Source: an uncultured Verrucomicrobiae bacterium
GTDB taxonomy: Bacteria; Verrucomicrobiota; Verrucomicrobiia; Limisphaerales; Palsa-1400
DNA: 64,000 nucleotides
Direction of reading: 5' to 3'
NCBI GenBank assembly: GCA_963702845.1
Contig: OY969763.1
Span: 4,640,001-4,704,000 of the forward strand
Part shown: one piece after another, positions 10,648-19,702 of the stretch
How the letters are laid out: each line of letters opens with the position of its first letter
Position numbering within the stretch: the first letter of the stretch is position 1
Notes under the pieces: generated by a model
What the model saw: only the letters and a program-made list of their open reading frames with translations
Told to the model about the DNA's origin: nothing
Databases searched by the model: none
Position numbers and translations under genes: made by a program

Positions 10648-13600
10648 TTAGTTTCCTGGCAATATATTGAAGCTCTCGACAATGATTTTTGGGTTCGTTG
10701 GCGTGCTATCGTTGCTCAAGCGGCACACGGCGCGGGTCACAACTTCACCGGTAATCTGATAATTGGTGCACATGCCGCGATACGGCCCGCCTAGCACGAG
10801 GCTGTTGTTCGCCGGCTTGAGCGATTGTCCAAACGAGTAAATCACAAACCGCGGGTCGCCCAGCTTAACGAGTGAGAGAATCTCCTGCGGAATCCGTTCG
10901 ACAACTGCATCCCAATTGGTCGCAAGCACCTGGTTGGCTCCTTTAAACGTTGTCATCGGGTTTTCTTCGTCAATCGGCAGATTGAAAACGTTTGGCAGCA
11001 GCGCACGGGTTAAGTTCGATTCGACCAAAAAATCGCCAAGATGATGGAATACTTGATTATCTTCCTTTAGCCGACGTGCGTTGAGTGCCGACACGATAGG
11101 TGCGACGTTCGTAGGATCGATCACCAATCCGCTGATATTGTTGGTCAGCAAATAGACCCCGCTAAGCAATGCTGACCATGGCCCAAGATTCGTTTGATTG
11201 ATCGAAAGCAATCCGCGCGCGGCGTTTTCATTCAATGCAACCGTGAACAAATCCAGCACGCGCCAATCATTGGTCGGATAGCTGGTCATGTCTTTCGCCC
11301 ATAGTGTCGGCCATTCCTTATGATCCTTGTTTATTTGTCCGTCAGCGCTGGCCTCGGATTTCAAATAGAACGTCTGCCACGGCGAACCGCGATGGACGCG
11401 TCCCAGCCAACCCACACTTGGAAACTTGTTCGTTGGGAAAATCCAATCGCCAGGTTGCTGCACCATTGGATCCTTGAACGTCATGTTCACCAGCAAGTCC
11501 TTGAAAGAATTTCCGTAATTCCACGGTGAATAAATATCATTCATGCGGCCGAGCTCCGTCAGCATGGCGTTCGTGGACGCGCGAGGCTCCAGATATGTCA
11601 CCACATTGGTGAGCACCGGAGAGGTCAGGTCGTCGAGCGTGTAGTGGACCAGCGGATCATTCGCCTCGAAGAAAGTTTTGAATTGAAGCGTTGCCGACGG
11701 TTCATACGGGCAATTCATCGCGATATTGGTCCCCTGACCTTGCAAGAACGTAGCGAAGTTCAGACCCGCACCCTGTTGCGGTGTATAACCGCGAGCCCCC
11801 ACATTATTGGTCGCGACTTGCAGTTGATAGAGCACCCCCTGATTCATATTCGCATTGGGATCACCGACCACCCTGTTCGTACTCCATGGATTGATAGTCG
11901 GCGGAACACCGTGGGATATCAGGTTGCTGTTGATGTTTAGGTGACTATAGAAATCACCTATGTTGACGACGTCCAGGATGTGCCCGGTTTGATCCGTGAG
12001 AAGATAAAACAGATAATTTGTCGTATTAATATACCAGTCGTGAACCGGAAACGTATTTTTGTTTTCCTTAACTAACTGATAGTCCAAGTCGGTCGGATGA
12101 GGTTGAAAAGCCCTGCCAACTTTATTTTCCGCGTACTGAGATTCCGGCAGGGCGATAAGGTTTGTAGCGAAGGTCTTAAAACTATTCGAATTCACCAATG
12201 TCGAGAGCTCGGCACTGTACCTTTTCGGGAAATTGCCCTGCCACGAGTTCTGGGCGTAAGATTGATTGATCACGTTCGTATAGCCGCCGGTCACATTTGT
12301 CACCTCATTGCCAAATGTGACGGTTCCGGCATTAGTAATGTAAAGGTTCAGCGCGAGCGGGAATGCTGTCATCCTATAGGAGTTCCAACCTTCCACGCCA
12401 AAGACGTTTGAGACGCTAAACAGCGCCATTTGATACCCGTCGGGAATAAGGCCAGGAGTCGTAGCCGTGCGCATATATTTGAGCTTACGCGTGACGTCGA
12501 ACGCCGTGATGTAAGCGAACTTGTTGAAATTTGGCAGATTTTTCTTCACCCCAACCACCAACGGCACACCCCACACGTTGTCATTCGGCGCAATAGGAAT
12601 CGATGATGATAACGAACGAAACGGATTCTGAACAAATGTCGTGTCCGTCACCGCCACCCAGTTTGTGATATAAACATTCGTCGCCGCTCGGAAAACAAAG
12701 AAGTTGGTCGCCCGTGGCGTTCCGGCTGCCTCAAACTTCCAGTCGAAAACCGGTCGAAAAACGGACGGATACATGATGCCAGTGGCAGCGTCTCCGTTAT
12801 TGTTACCAGAAGCATCATAGATATTCGCCGCCAATTGCAACATTCTATGAATGGCTGCACTGTAGTGAATATTCGTATTCTCCGAACTATAGACCATGAT
12901 GTTCGTTAGCCCGAAGTGGGCGAATTCAGTGCTGGGCGGAAGATTCGTTGCCGTAATGTCATTCGTGACAATCTCAAAATCCTGCGAGCGCAAAAGCAAC
13001 TCAGCCGTGTTTGTAAAAAACGTCAGGGCATCCCAGTTCTTCAACACAGTCGGCGTGGTAATCCTGTTATGGATCGGATCTTTGTTGAACGCCTGAACCT
13101 GCGCGCTGTTATCAAAGTTGATATTGACCTTCGCGCGTTTGACCATCGAACCGTTGTTGGCATGAACCCAGCAGTAGAGTTCCGATGCGAATCGGTCCCA
13201 ATTGAAGCGAGCATACGGCTAAACGTGTAGCGATTGGTCGTATCAAGTTGCGAAAGGGCATTCGTCAACCGCCCGAGGAATGGCGTGTTCGCAAGTTTAT
13301 CGAAAATCTCCTGCGGCTCGTAAAAATTGTTGTAATTTGTGCTGCCGGGCCAAGGGTTCCTCGGAGCGTCATTATCCTTGGATGGATCGTCGAATGCCGT
13401 CGTCGCAATAGGGCCGTCGGAGTATTCATCGATACCATTGTTTCCAAAATTTGTTGCACTGTTCGGGAAAATAGCCTTAAGCGAAAGAAGGTTCGCGGCG
13501 TTGCTGGCGTACCGGTATTTGAGGAAACTCAACGCGTCGATAAATGCCACACCTTTGCTCGAGTTCCCACCATCGGGAACGCCATTTCCATTCACAGCAT

Positions 13601-14485
13601 AAATGTAATCGGTCGCCCAAAGATTGGAATTCACGCCAGCGAGCAGCGCGGCCATATTCAATTCCCAAGGCCCATGGCCCTGATTCCGCAAGTACCCGTC
13701 AAACGGCATGTTTGGCGGAAAATTGCTTGCGGTGTATTTCGCATAGTTATGGATGAAATTCAGGTCGAGCGTCTTCCCGATCGGCAACGCTATATACGCA
13801 TAGCGACCGATAAAGGGATTGTTGCCGTTATGAGTAGCATCAGGCTGGCGCAATGTTCCAATCCACTCAGGTTCGCCATAGTTAAGCTGCAATTCGCCAT
13901 TCGTATTCCCGAGATCGTCGGTCACCGCGACGTAACCGTTCGATTCAAACCGCCCATTTCGGTTGTAATCGACCCAGTAACGAAAATCCAAATTGGTACT
14001 CCCGGTATTGGTTTGAACATAAACCGGCACGCGCGGGTCGTAGAGTAGATTGGCGATGTTCTGAACCTGATCGTCCGGACTCAATACGGCGCCGTTTGGA
14101 TACGTATAGCTGACATTCGTGACATTCGTGCGAACCAGCGGGTTGGCATTTACGTCAAACCCAAACGGGCTGATAAAGTCATGCGACATCATCATGTCGT
14201 AATTCAGCAAATCATTCGGACGCCCGCGACGTGCTGGAGCGTTCGTATTATTCGCCATCAAGGACGCCGCCAAGGTCTGCCTGAGCACGAGCCAGGGCCG
14301 CATCCGCCATCGCTTGCGCATCGATCTGGCTGAGTGATCCCGTCACCGAAGCTCGCTCGCGTCGGCTGACCGCCAGGAATGCAATCGTCATGAACGTAAT
14401 GACCGACAGCATCAACAGTGTCATCACCAGTGGCAACGCCTGACTTCAACCTTCTGCGTTCTGCGTTCATACTTGTCTTCTTCAT
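10648..14485 (-). CDS. Large PilX/GspK-like prepilin-type protein (~1280 aa; Verru_Chthon cassette protein A-like), with three apparent frameshifts (~14432, ~14277, ~13187)
   Basis: Rejoined N-terminus MKKTSMNAERRRLKSG|VALVMTLLMLSVITFMTIAFLAVSRRER...AQAMADAALARAQADL is a PilX N-terminus lacking Glu5; ATGA overlap with the upstream gene; continues through ORFs 13041-14321 and 10648-13146. Confidence 0.75.
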
Positions 14486-15303
14486 CTTGGCAACGCCGCT
14501 CTCACGGGAATCTGTTGGCGGAAAATGTGAACAGCGCCCATTCTGCTCGCTAAATAATTACTCTGCGCAATGGCGTTTGTTCCAAAGGCGCGAACCTGTT
14601 CCAAAACTGCGGGCTCAAGAATCCCTAACTCAACCTCAACCGAGCTCGGCAACGGATTCTGCGGTTGATCGATCGGCAGTTCCAAAACACCCGAGGAAAA
14701 AGAATTGGTAATTTCAACCCCATTCGCATCAAAAGCCCGCGCCCGCAGATGGATCACGCCATCGACGATGCGATAGAAATTGGTATAGCCAAAGGTAACA
14801 GCTTGATTCAGAAAAATGCCGCACGGATTGTCCGTCGGGAGATCGTTCGTTGAATACACGTAACGATACAACGTGCCAACAAGTGGCGTACCGGAAACAC
14901 CGCTTCCCACCGTATTGCTGATCGCGTAACCCGCGCCATACCAAATGTTGTTGATATGCTCCAATGCGAAAACATCCGACATGTAATTCGTCCGCGTATT
15001 CCCGACCGAATCGCCTTGGATGAGCCAACTCCCGTTGCGAATGCCGTAAAAGAAATTGGTAATGTTCCCGTCCTTGGCATCAGACATCTGTTGAAAATCT
15101 CGCGCCATCATATCAACGACTGTGCGCCCGCTCTCCATCACGTCCGTCTGGGTGTGCCCGCCACGAAAAGCCTTTTGCGTTTGCACGAACATCGCCGTCA
15201 ACCCGAGCACGATGACGACAAGCAACGTCGTTGAGACCAACATTTCCAAAATCGTCAGCCCTGATGCACCGAACGTGCGTAAGCGATGTTGGTTGGTTTT
15301 CAA
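14482..15303 (-). CDS. PilW/GspJ-like minor pilin (cassette protein C-like)
   Basis: G|LTILEMLVSTTLLVVIVLGL class III signal; 'ESGRTVVDMMARDF'; C-terminal LPSSVEVELGILE. Confidence 0.8.
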   Translation of the reverse strand: MKTNQHRLRTFGASGLTILEMLVSTTLLVVIVLGLTAMFVQTQKAFRGGHTQTDVMESGRTVVDMMARDFQQMSDAKDGNITNFFYGIRNGSWLIQGDSVGNTRTNYMSDVFALEHINNIWYGAGYAISNTVGSGVSGTPLVGTLYRYVYSTNDLPTDNPCGIFLNQAVTFGYTNFYRIVDGVIHLRARAFDANGVEITNSFSSGVLELPIDQPQNPLPSSVEVELGILEPAVLEQVRAFGTNAIAQSNYLASRMGAVHIFRQQIPVRAALPR

Positions 15304-16199
15304 AACGTAGTATTCGTTCCTGTGTTATCGGAGAGCTTGTATGCACCCGGATTGATGACGTACAAACGCAGGTCAGGCGTGGCGGGGGGCGGCGGCAAAT
15401 TGATATTCTCAAAGTGACCACTGACCAGGGTTCGAAAATACTTCCGGTTCGGGCCGGGCGAGCCGTTCGGCAACACCGGCCAACTAAACTGAAGGCGCGC
15501 ATCGATCAAACTGTTCTGCCAGTAGTGCAGTTGATTCTGCACTTGAACATGGTTGGTTTGCGTGGCGAAGTCGGAATTCCCGACCGGATAATTCGTGTAA
15601 TCATTGATCAACCACGGCGTTGTGCTGTAAGGCATCAACGTCACATCCATCTGGTATTTGAACGAGACCTGGGTATTGCCGCCGTTTTGCTCCAGCGCCG
15701 AACCACTCATCGCGCGCACCGTCGCAACCACGTCGTTGCGCACCATCATGCCGGGATATGCCGTTTGATCGGCTGGCTCGTATTTCGGAATGCTCAACAT
15801 GCCAACTATGACATGACCGTTCGTCAGACTTTGATTCGCGCCGGCCGTATTGGGCGTCACTATGGTGATATCTGAAATTTTCTGCGTGAACACCAGATTG
15901 CTCCCGACGTACGTTTTGACATTAATCGACTCAACATAGTTCGTCAGGAAGTCCAACGCCTGGCCGTCAATTTCCCTGGTCCCTTGCCGGCCGTACCGGA
16001 GCAGATCCATAAAATATTGCCCGTCCTGGCTGGCAATTGTGTCCTCGCGATTGTCCTTCTGCACATTCAGACCCAGCGGCAAAATACCGACAATCGCCAC
16101 CAGTGCAAAACCAATCACCGCCAGCGAGATCGCAATTTCGATCATCGTGAACCCGGACTTCCCACTCGCCACTCGCCACTTGGCACTCATCACTCTCAT
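15300..16199 (-). CDS. PilV/GspI-like minor pilin (cassette protein B-like)
   Basis: G|FTMIEIAISLAVIGFALVAIVGILPLGL; ATG at 16199 overlaps the upstream TGA. Confidence 0.82.
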   Translation of the reverse strand: MRVMSAKWRVASGKSGFTMIEIAISLAVIGFALVAIVGILPLGLNVQKDNREDTIASQDGQYFMDLLRYGRQGTREIDGQALDFLTNYVESINVKTYVGSNLVFTQKISDITIVTPNTAGANQSLTNGHVIVGMLSIPKYEPADQTAYPGMMVRNDVVATVRAMSGSALEQNGGNTQVSFKYQMDVTLMPYSTTPWLINDYTNYPVGNSDFATQTNHVQVQNQLHYWQNSLIDARLQFSWPVLPNGSPGPNRKYFRTLVSGHFENINLPPPPATPDLRLYVINPGAYKLSDNTGTNTTF

Positions 16200-17167
16200 T
16201 GGATCTCCTTCCGTTCCAGCCTGGCGCGTCCGGTCAGCCAATTGATGTGGATCAGGTGATAATCGTTCGTCGAACTGCCCGGCGGCGTCTCCTGCCAATC
16301 CGCCTGCCCGATTTGCGGGACGCCATTTGCATCCAACGGATAAAAAACACTGGCACGCGTCAGCGGAATGTAATCGTCCTGATGCGTCGTCAGTCCGCCA
16401 TTCGGGCCAAATGCGATGCAGGGCAGTTGAAAATAATCTTTCGAACTTCGATTAGCCGTCGCTTCGATTGTCGGGAACGGGAACGAGTTCGTTGCGAATG
16501 GATACACGAGGAATGTTTTCGAGCTGTTCGTGTCATCGACGAGCATCTGTTGAGTAAATTTTTCCTGGGCGATCGTTACGCCATCGGGCAACTTGCGCCA
16601 GGGCGTCAAATACTTTGGATAAAACTGCCCGGGCTGATCGCCGACCGACCGCAAACTCAAGAGCGCGTACATCGTATATTGCCCAGTGAACAGGTTGGTC
16701 ACCTGGTTGAACCCCATGATGGACATATTCCCGAACACCGTGGAATTCGGACCACCCCAAAAAGTCGGCGGCAAAAAAACCATATAAACCGTCGTGCGAT
16801 TGAGCAGCGCTTTTTGCCGCGCATACGCGACATCATCGAGCATCTGGTGTGTCGCTGCCGTCATCGTGTTCGATTTCCCAAACCCGCCCAAATGCGGCAA
16901 AGCCACTGCCGCGAGCAACCCGATAATCGTGATCACCACCAGCAGCTCGATCAAACTGAACGCACTACGAATACGCAGCTTCAAATTCCACGCACCGAGC
17001 TCGAGAGAAGATCCGACAACCAACGTTTTGCTTCGGAGCTTGGAATTTGGAACTTCTCTGGAGCTTGGAGTTTGGAGCTTGGAGCTTTCCCGCACCACCG
17101 GCCAACTCGCCTCCTTCGATGCTTTCCATCGAATTCGAACCTGAGTTCTTTTAATTCGGGTTTTCAT
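16196..17167 (-). CDS. FimT/GspH-like minor pilin (cassette protein D-like) with a 69-aa leader
   Basis: [23 protein letters not shown], 'DDVAYARQKAL', C-terminal INWLTGRA; TAATG overlap with the upstream pilin. Confidence 0.82.
   Translation of the reverse strand: MKTRIKRTQVRIRWKASKEASWPVVRESSKLQTPSSREVPNSKLRSKTLVVGSSLELGAWNLKLRIRSAFSLIELLVVITIIGLLAAVALPHLGGFGKSNTMTAATHQMLDDVAYARQKALLNRTTVYMVFLPPTFWGGPNSTVFGNMSIMGFNQVTNLFTGQYTMYALLSLRSVGDQPGQFYPKYLTPWRKLPDGVTIAQEKFTQQMLVDDTNSSKTFLVYPFATNSFPFPTIEATANRSSKDYFQLPCIAFGPNGGLTTHQDDYIPLTRASVFYPLDANGVPQIGQADWQETPPGSSTNDYHLIHINWLTGRARLERKEIQ
16977..17087. repeat. 7-mer-based inverted-repeat element lying in frame inside the prepilin leader
   Basis: 'agcttcaaattccacgcaccgagctcgagagaag' pairs imperfectly with 'cttctctggagcttggagtttggagcttggagct'. 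Confidence 0.75.
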
Positions 17168-17793
17168 TACCAATTACCGTTTGTGACAGTCTTGCTCCCA
17201 ACCGTAAACACCGCCCACAAATCGAACGACTCGCTATTATGCCGGTTCGTGGAAGACGAATCATAATGCCACGGATTCATCGGGTTTCCTTGAAAATCCA
17301 CTGGAACAATGAGCACATTCGCGTTTGCTGCGGCCGCGACGAAATTGCTCTTGTAATCGAGCGGTTTCGGCGGTGGGGTATAGAATCGCTTGGGCTCGAT
17401 CGAGTTCAGCACACCATTGCGATTGAAAGCGGTGAAGTACTGGTTCGATGTGATGATGCTGCTATCGAATGCTGTATATTGATTGTTAGCCGCGTCGTAG
17501 CTCGGTCCGGTCAATTCATAAAACAACTGATTCGTTGCTGCCGACATCCGATCGTCGCTCGCCTTATCTTTGACATTGTTGCCGTTGTCGGGAGGGAACG
17601 ACCCCATTTGAGCCTGATACGCCTCAATCACCGTGAGTAATCGATTTTTTTCCGCCTCCACGCGCTTTATTTTCTTCGCCTCAGCCACACGGATCGCCAC
17701 CCCAGTAATCATCGCCGCCAGGATCGCGATAATCCCAATGACGACCAACATTTCAATCAACGTGAATGCGACAATATTTCGTTGCTGTCTCAT
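17167..17793 (-). CDS. Type IV pilin / GspG-like prepilin
   Basis: MRQQRNIVA|FTLIEMLVVIGIIAILAAMI; 'IEAYQAQMGSFPPDN', 'NPWHY' and 'SFDLWA' GspG-like motifs. Confidence 0.85.
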   Translation of the reverse strand: MRQQRNIVAFTLIEMLVVIGIIAILAAMITGVAIRVAEAKKIKRVEAEKNRLLTVIEAYQAQMGSFPPDNGNNVKDKASDDRMSAATNQLFYELTGPSYDAANNQYTAFDSSIITSNQYFTAFNRNGVLNSIEPKRFYTPPPKPLDYKSNFVAAAANANVLIVPVDFQGNPMNPWHYDSSSTNRHNSESFDLWAVFTVGSKTVTNGNW

Positions 17794-17797
17794 ATCA

Positions 17798-18094
17798 TTA
17801 TCCATTTTGCGCACGGCTGACGCGTTGATCGCGCAACTCCTGCTCCATCCGTTCACTCAGCCATTGCTTCATCATGCTCTGATAATTCAAATACCGGGAC
17901 CGGGCGATGCGCTTGACGCGGGCGAGCATGCGCGGATCCATCCGCAACGTGATCGTCACCGAATCCGACAACTCGCTCGTCGCGACCGACGAATCCATCA
18001 ACCGCGTCTCCAACCGGTTCTCGGCCCAATACGCCGCTTCGGCCTCTTCGCGGTCGAACAGCGGCACTTCCTCCCAGTTTGCAATAGCGTTCAT
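17798..18094 (-). CDS. CopG/BrnA-like ribbon-helix-helix antitoxin
   Basis: 'VPLFDREEAEAAYW' N-terminal motif and RHH 'SVTITLRMDPRMLARVKRIARSRYLNYQSMMKQWLSE'. Confidence 0.8.
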   Translation of the reverse strand: MNAIANWEEVPLFDREEAEAAYWAENRLETRLMDSSVATSELSDSVTITLRMDPRMLARVKRIARSRYLNYQSMMKQWLSERMEQELRDQRVSRAQNG

Positions 18095-18189
18095 TTCGTC
18101 GGTAGGGACGACTTCCACGTCGTCCCAAAAATCTTCTGGTTTCTAGTTTTCTTCGCGAACCAAGCCGGACTTTTTACTGATATTTTCAT
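18091..18189 (-). CDS. 32-aa basic micro-ORF between toxin and antitoxin (or frameshifted antitoxin N-terminus)
   Basis: MKISVKSPAWFAKKTRNQKIFGTTWKSSLPTK*; TGATG overlap with the toxin stop and ATGA overlap with the antitoxin start. Confidence 0.4.
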   Translation of the reverse strand: MKISVKSPAWFAKKTRNQKIFGTTWKSSLPTK

Positions 18190-18476
18190 CACGTTGCCAG
18201 CGTTTGATTAAGTTTTCGTTGGTAAAAATTCTGTTCCTCGGACTCGAACGGCCGCGCGTAAATCACTTTGACCTGCTTACCGTTGGTGCGATAAACACTG
18301 AAAATACCGGTCCCACCGCTAGTCATGCCTAAATTGAAATAACGCGCCTGCACAGAAAACCGCGGTGAATCAGGAAGCAACCGCACAGCAAAGGGATCTT
18401 CGAACGTTTCTTCGATTGATTGAACGTTCAGAGAGCGGTCCAAATTAAACGGCGGATTATTCCAGTCAAAATCCAT
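18189..18476 (-). CDS. BrnT-family (RelE-fold) toxin-like protein, divergent
   Basis: MDFDW…IEETFEDP…ARYFNLG…IFSVY…VKVIYARP…EEQNFY follows the BrnT pattern; lies upstream of an RHH gene. Confidence 0.72.
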   Translation of the reverse strand: MDFDWNNPPFNLDRSLNVQSIEETFEDPFAVRLLPDSPRFSVQARYFNLGMTSGGTGIFSVYRTNGKQVKVIYARPFESEEQNFYQRKLNQTLAT

Positions 18477-18503
18477 ACTCTGTAAATCCTTTAGCCATGC
18501 TAT

Positions 18504-18542
18504 GTGTTTACATTGTATATACGTTTTGAAGAAACGAGTCAA
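18504..18542 (-). promoter_or_regulatory. Sigma70-like promoter with overlapping imperfect palindromic operator
   Basis: Minus strand: TTGACT-17 nt-TATACA(AT); palindrome GTATATACA-A-TGTAAACAC (18504-18522) overlaps the -10, a typical position for an RHH antitoxin operator. Confidence 0.65.
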
Positions 18543-18672
18543 TAGTAAGTTGCTATAGTGGAATAACCGATTACGCGCGAATCACTTACATTCCCCTGTA
18601 GCACAATCGCCCTCGTCCGGGTCTTTGCACCATCTCACCGCAAGGCCAATCCCCCTTCACGTTCAGCCGCAC

Positions 18673-19093
18673 GAACCAAAGTGAACCAAAGTGAACCAAA
18701 GTGAACCAAAGTGAACCGAAAATGATATTTTGCGATATCTCGCGACGGACGTGAAGAGTGCGACGATTGGGGCATGTCGATTTCACAAGATTACCTCCGA
18801 TTACTTCTGATTACTTTTTGTTACCTTTTTCGCGATTTTTCATCTGATTATTTCCGTTAGACCGCACCAGACGGCACCGAAGCGCACCAAACCGCACCGG
18901 AAAAAGATCTTTTTGATGTCTCGCGACGGACGCGACGATGCGCGACGGTTGATGAGGCAAAAACGATGCAGAAACGATGCAATTTTGTTCGGTTGACGCT
19001 CTCCGGCACGAATGTCGGCGAATGCAAATATAATTGCGAATTTGAGTCATAGTGAGATTACCTCTGATTACTTCTCGTTACCTTTTGTTACCC
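18673..19093. repeat. Composite intergenic array of 10-bp tandem repeats arranged as two related modules
   Basis: (GAACCAAAGT)x~5 at 18673-18720; (GATTACYTYY)x4 at 18789-18828 and 19056-19093; (xxxGCACCxx)x4 at 18861-18900; TCTCGCGACGGACG at ~18738 and ~18919. Confidence 0.8.
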
Positions 19094-19702
19094 ATTTTAC
19101 ATTTTTTGGGGTGTCCGGGCCGCAAAACTGAACTTTTCTGTACATTTTCTGCATAGTTTTCCTTTTTCATGATTGTCAATGTATCGTGGCAGATCTTGAT
19201 GGAATCATTGGCCAGAGATGAAGGCGACCGGGGGTCTCGCGGCGAACGACGGGAACGCGCAAGTTGGTATACGTGGGGCGGTTTTGTATTCTGACGAATT
19301 CATATTTTGGGGAAATCCTAGCAAGGTCACTTGGACAAATACGGTCCAAGTGGAAAATTTGTTGCTTTGGAACTTTTAGTGCTAAAACACCTAAATTGAG
19401 GGCTTTACAACGCGGACTACGCGGAATCCAAGAAAGGGGGCTTGTCGGCAAAGCTTGCAACGACATTCCGGACGATTGTTTTTTCCGCTGTAGGCACCGG
19501 AGCCGGCCACTTTGGAAACTGTGGGTTCGTTTTTCATTTCCCCTAGAGCTTACGAAAACTGGTTGGACAGTTACGGGGGGACACCCAAAAAAGTTATTCA
19601 CAAAAAGCGAGTGGTGTAGTCGAAATTCGAGGGACTGCCGGCGCTTTGGATGCCCCTGACAACCGAATTGAAATAGTTGCAAAAACCCCTATCCTTGCCC
19701 GC

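Noticed and set aside
3357..18542. Diversity-generating retroelement or prophage explanation for the cassette
   Set aside because: No reverse transcriptase, template/variable repeat pair, integrase or phage structural gene is visible.
18660..19100. Possible CRISPR array
   Set aside because: The repeats are contiguous 10-mers without unique 25-45 bp spacers, and no cas genes are present.
19176..19682. Overlapping 168-aa and 131-aa ORFs upstream of the LRR gene
   Set aside because: No recognisable motifs, atypical composition and non-ATG starts; treated as intergenic.
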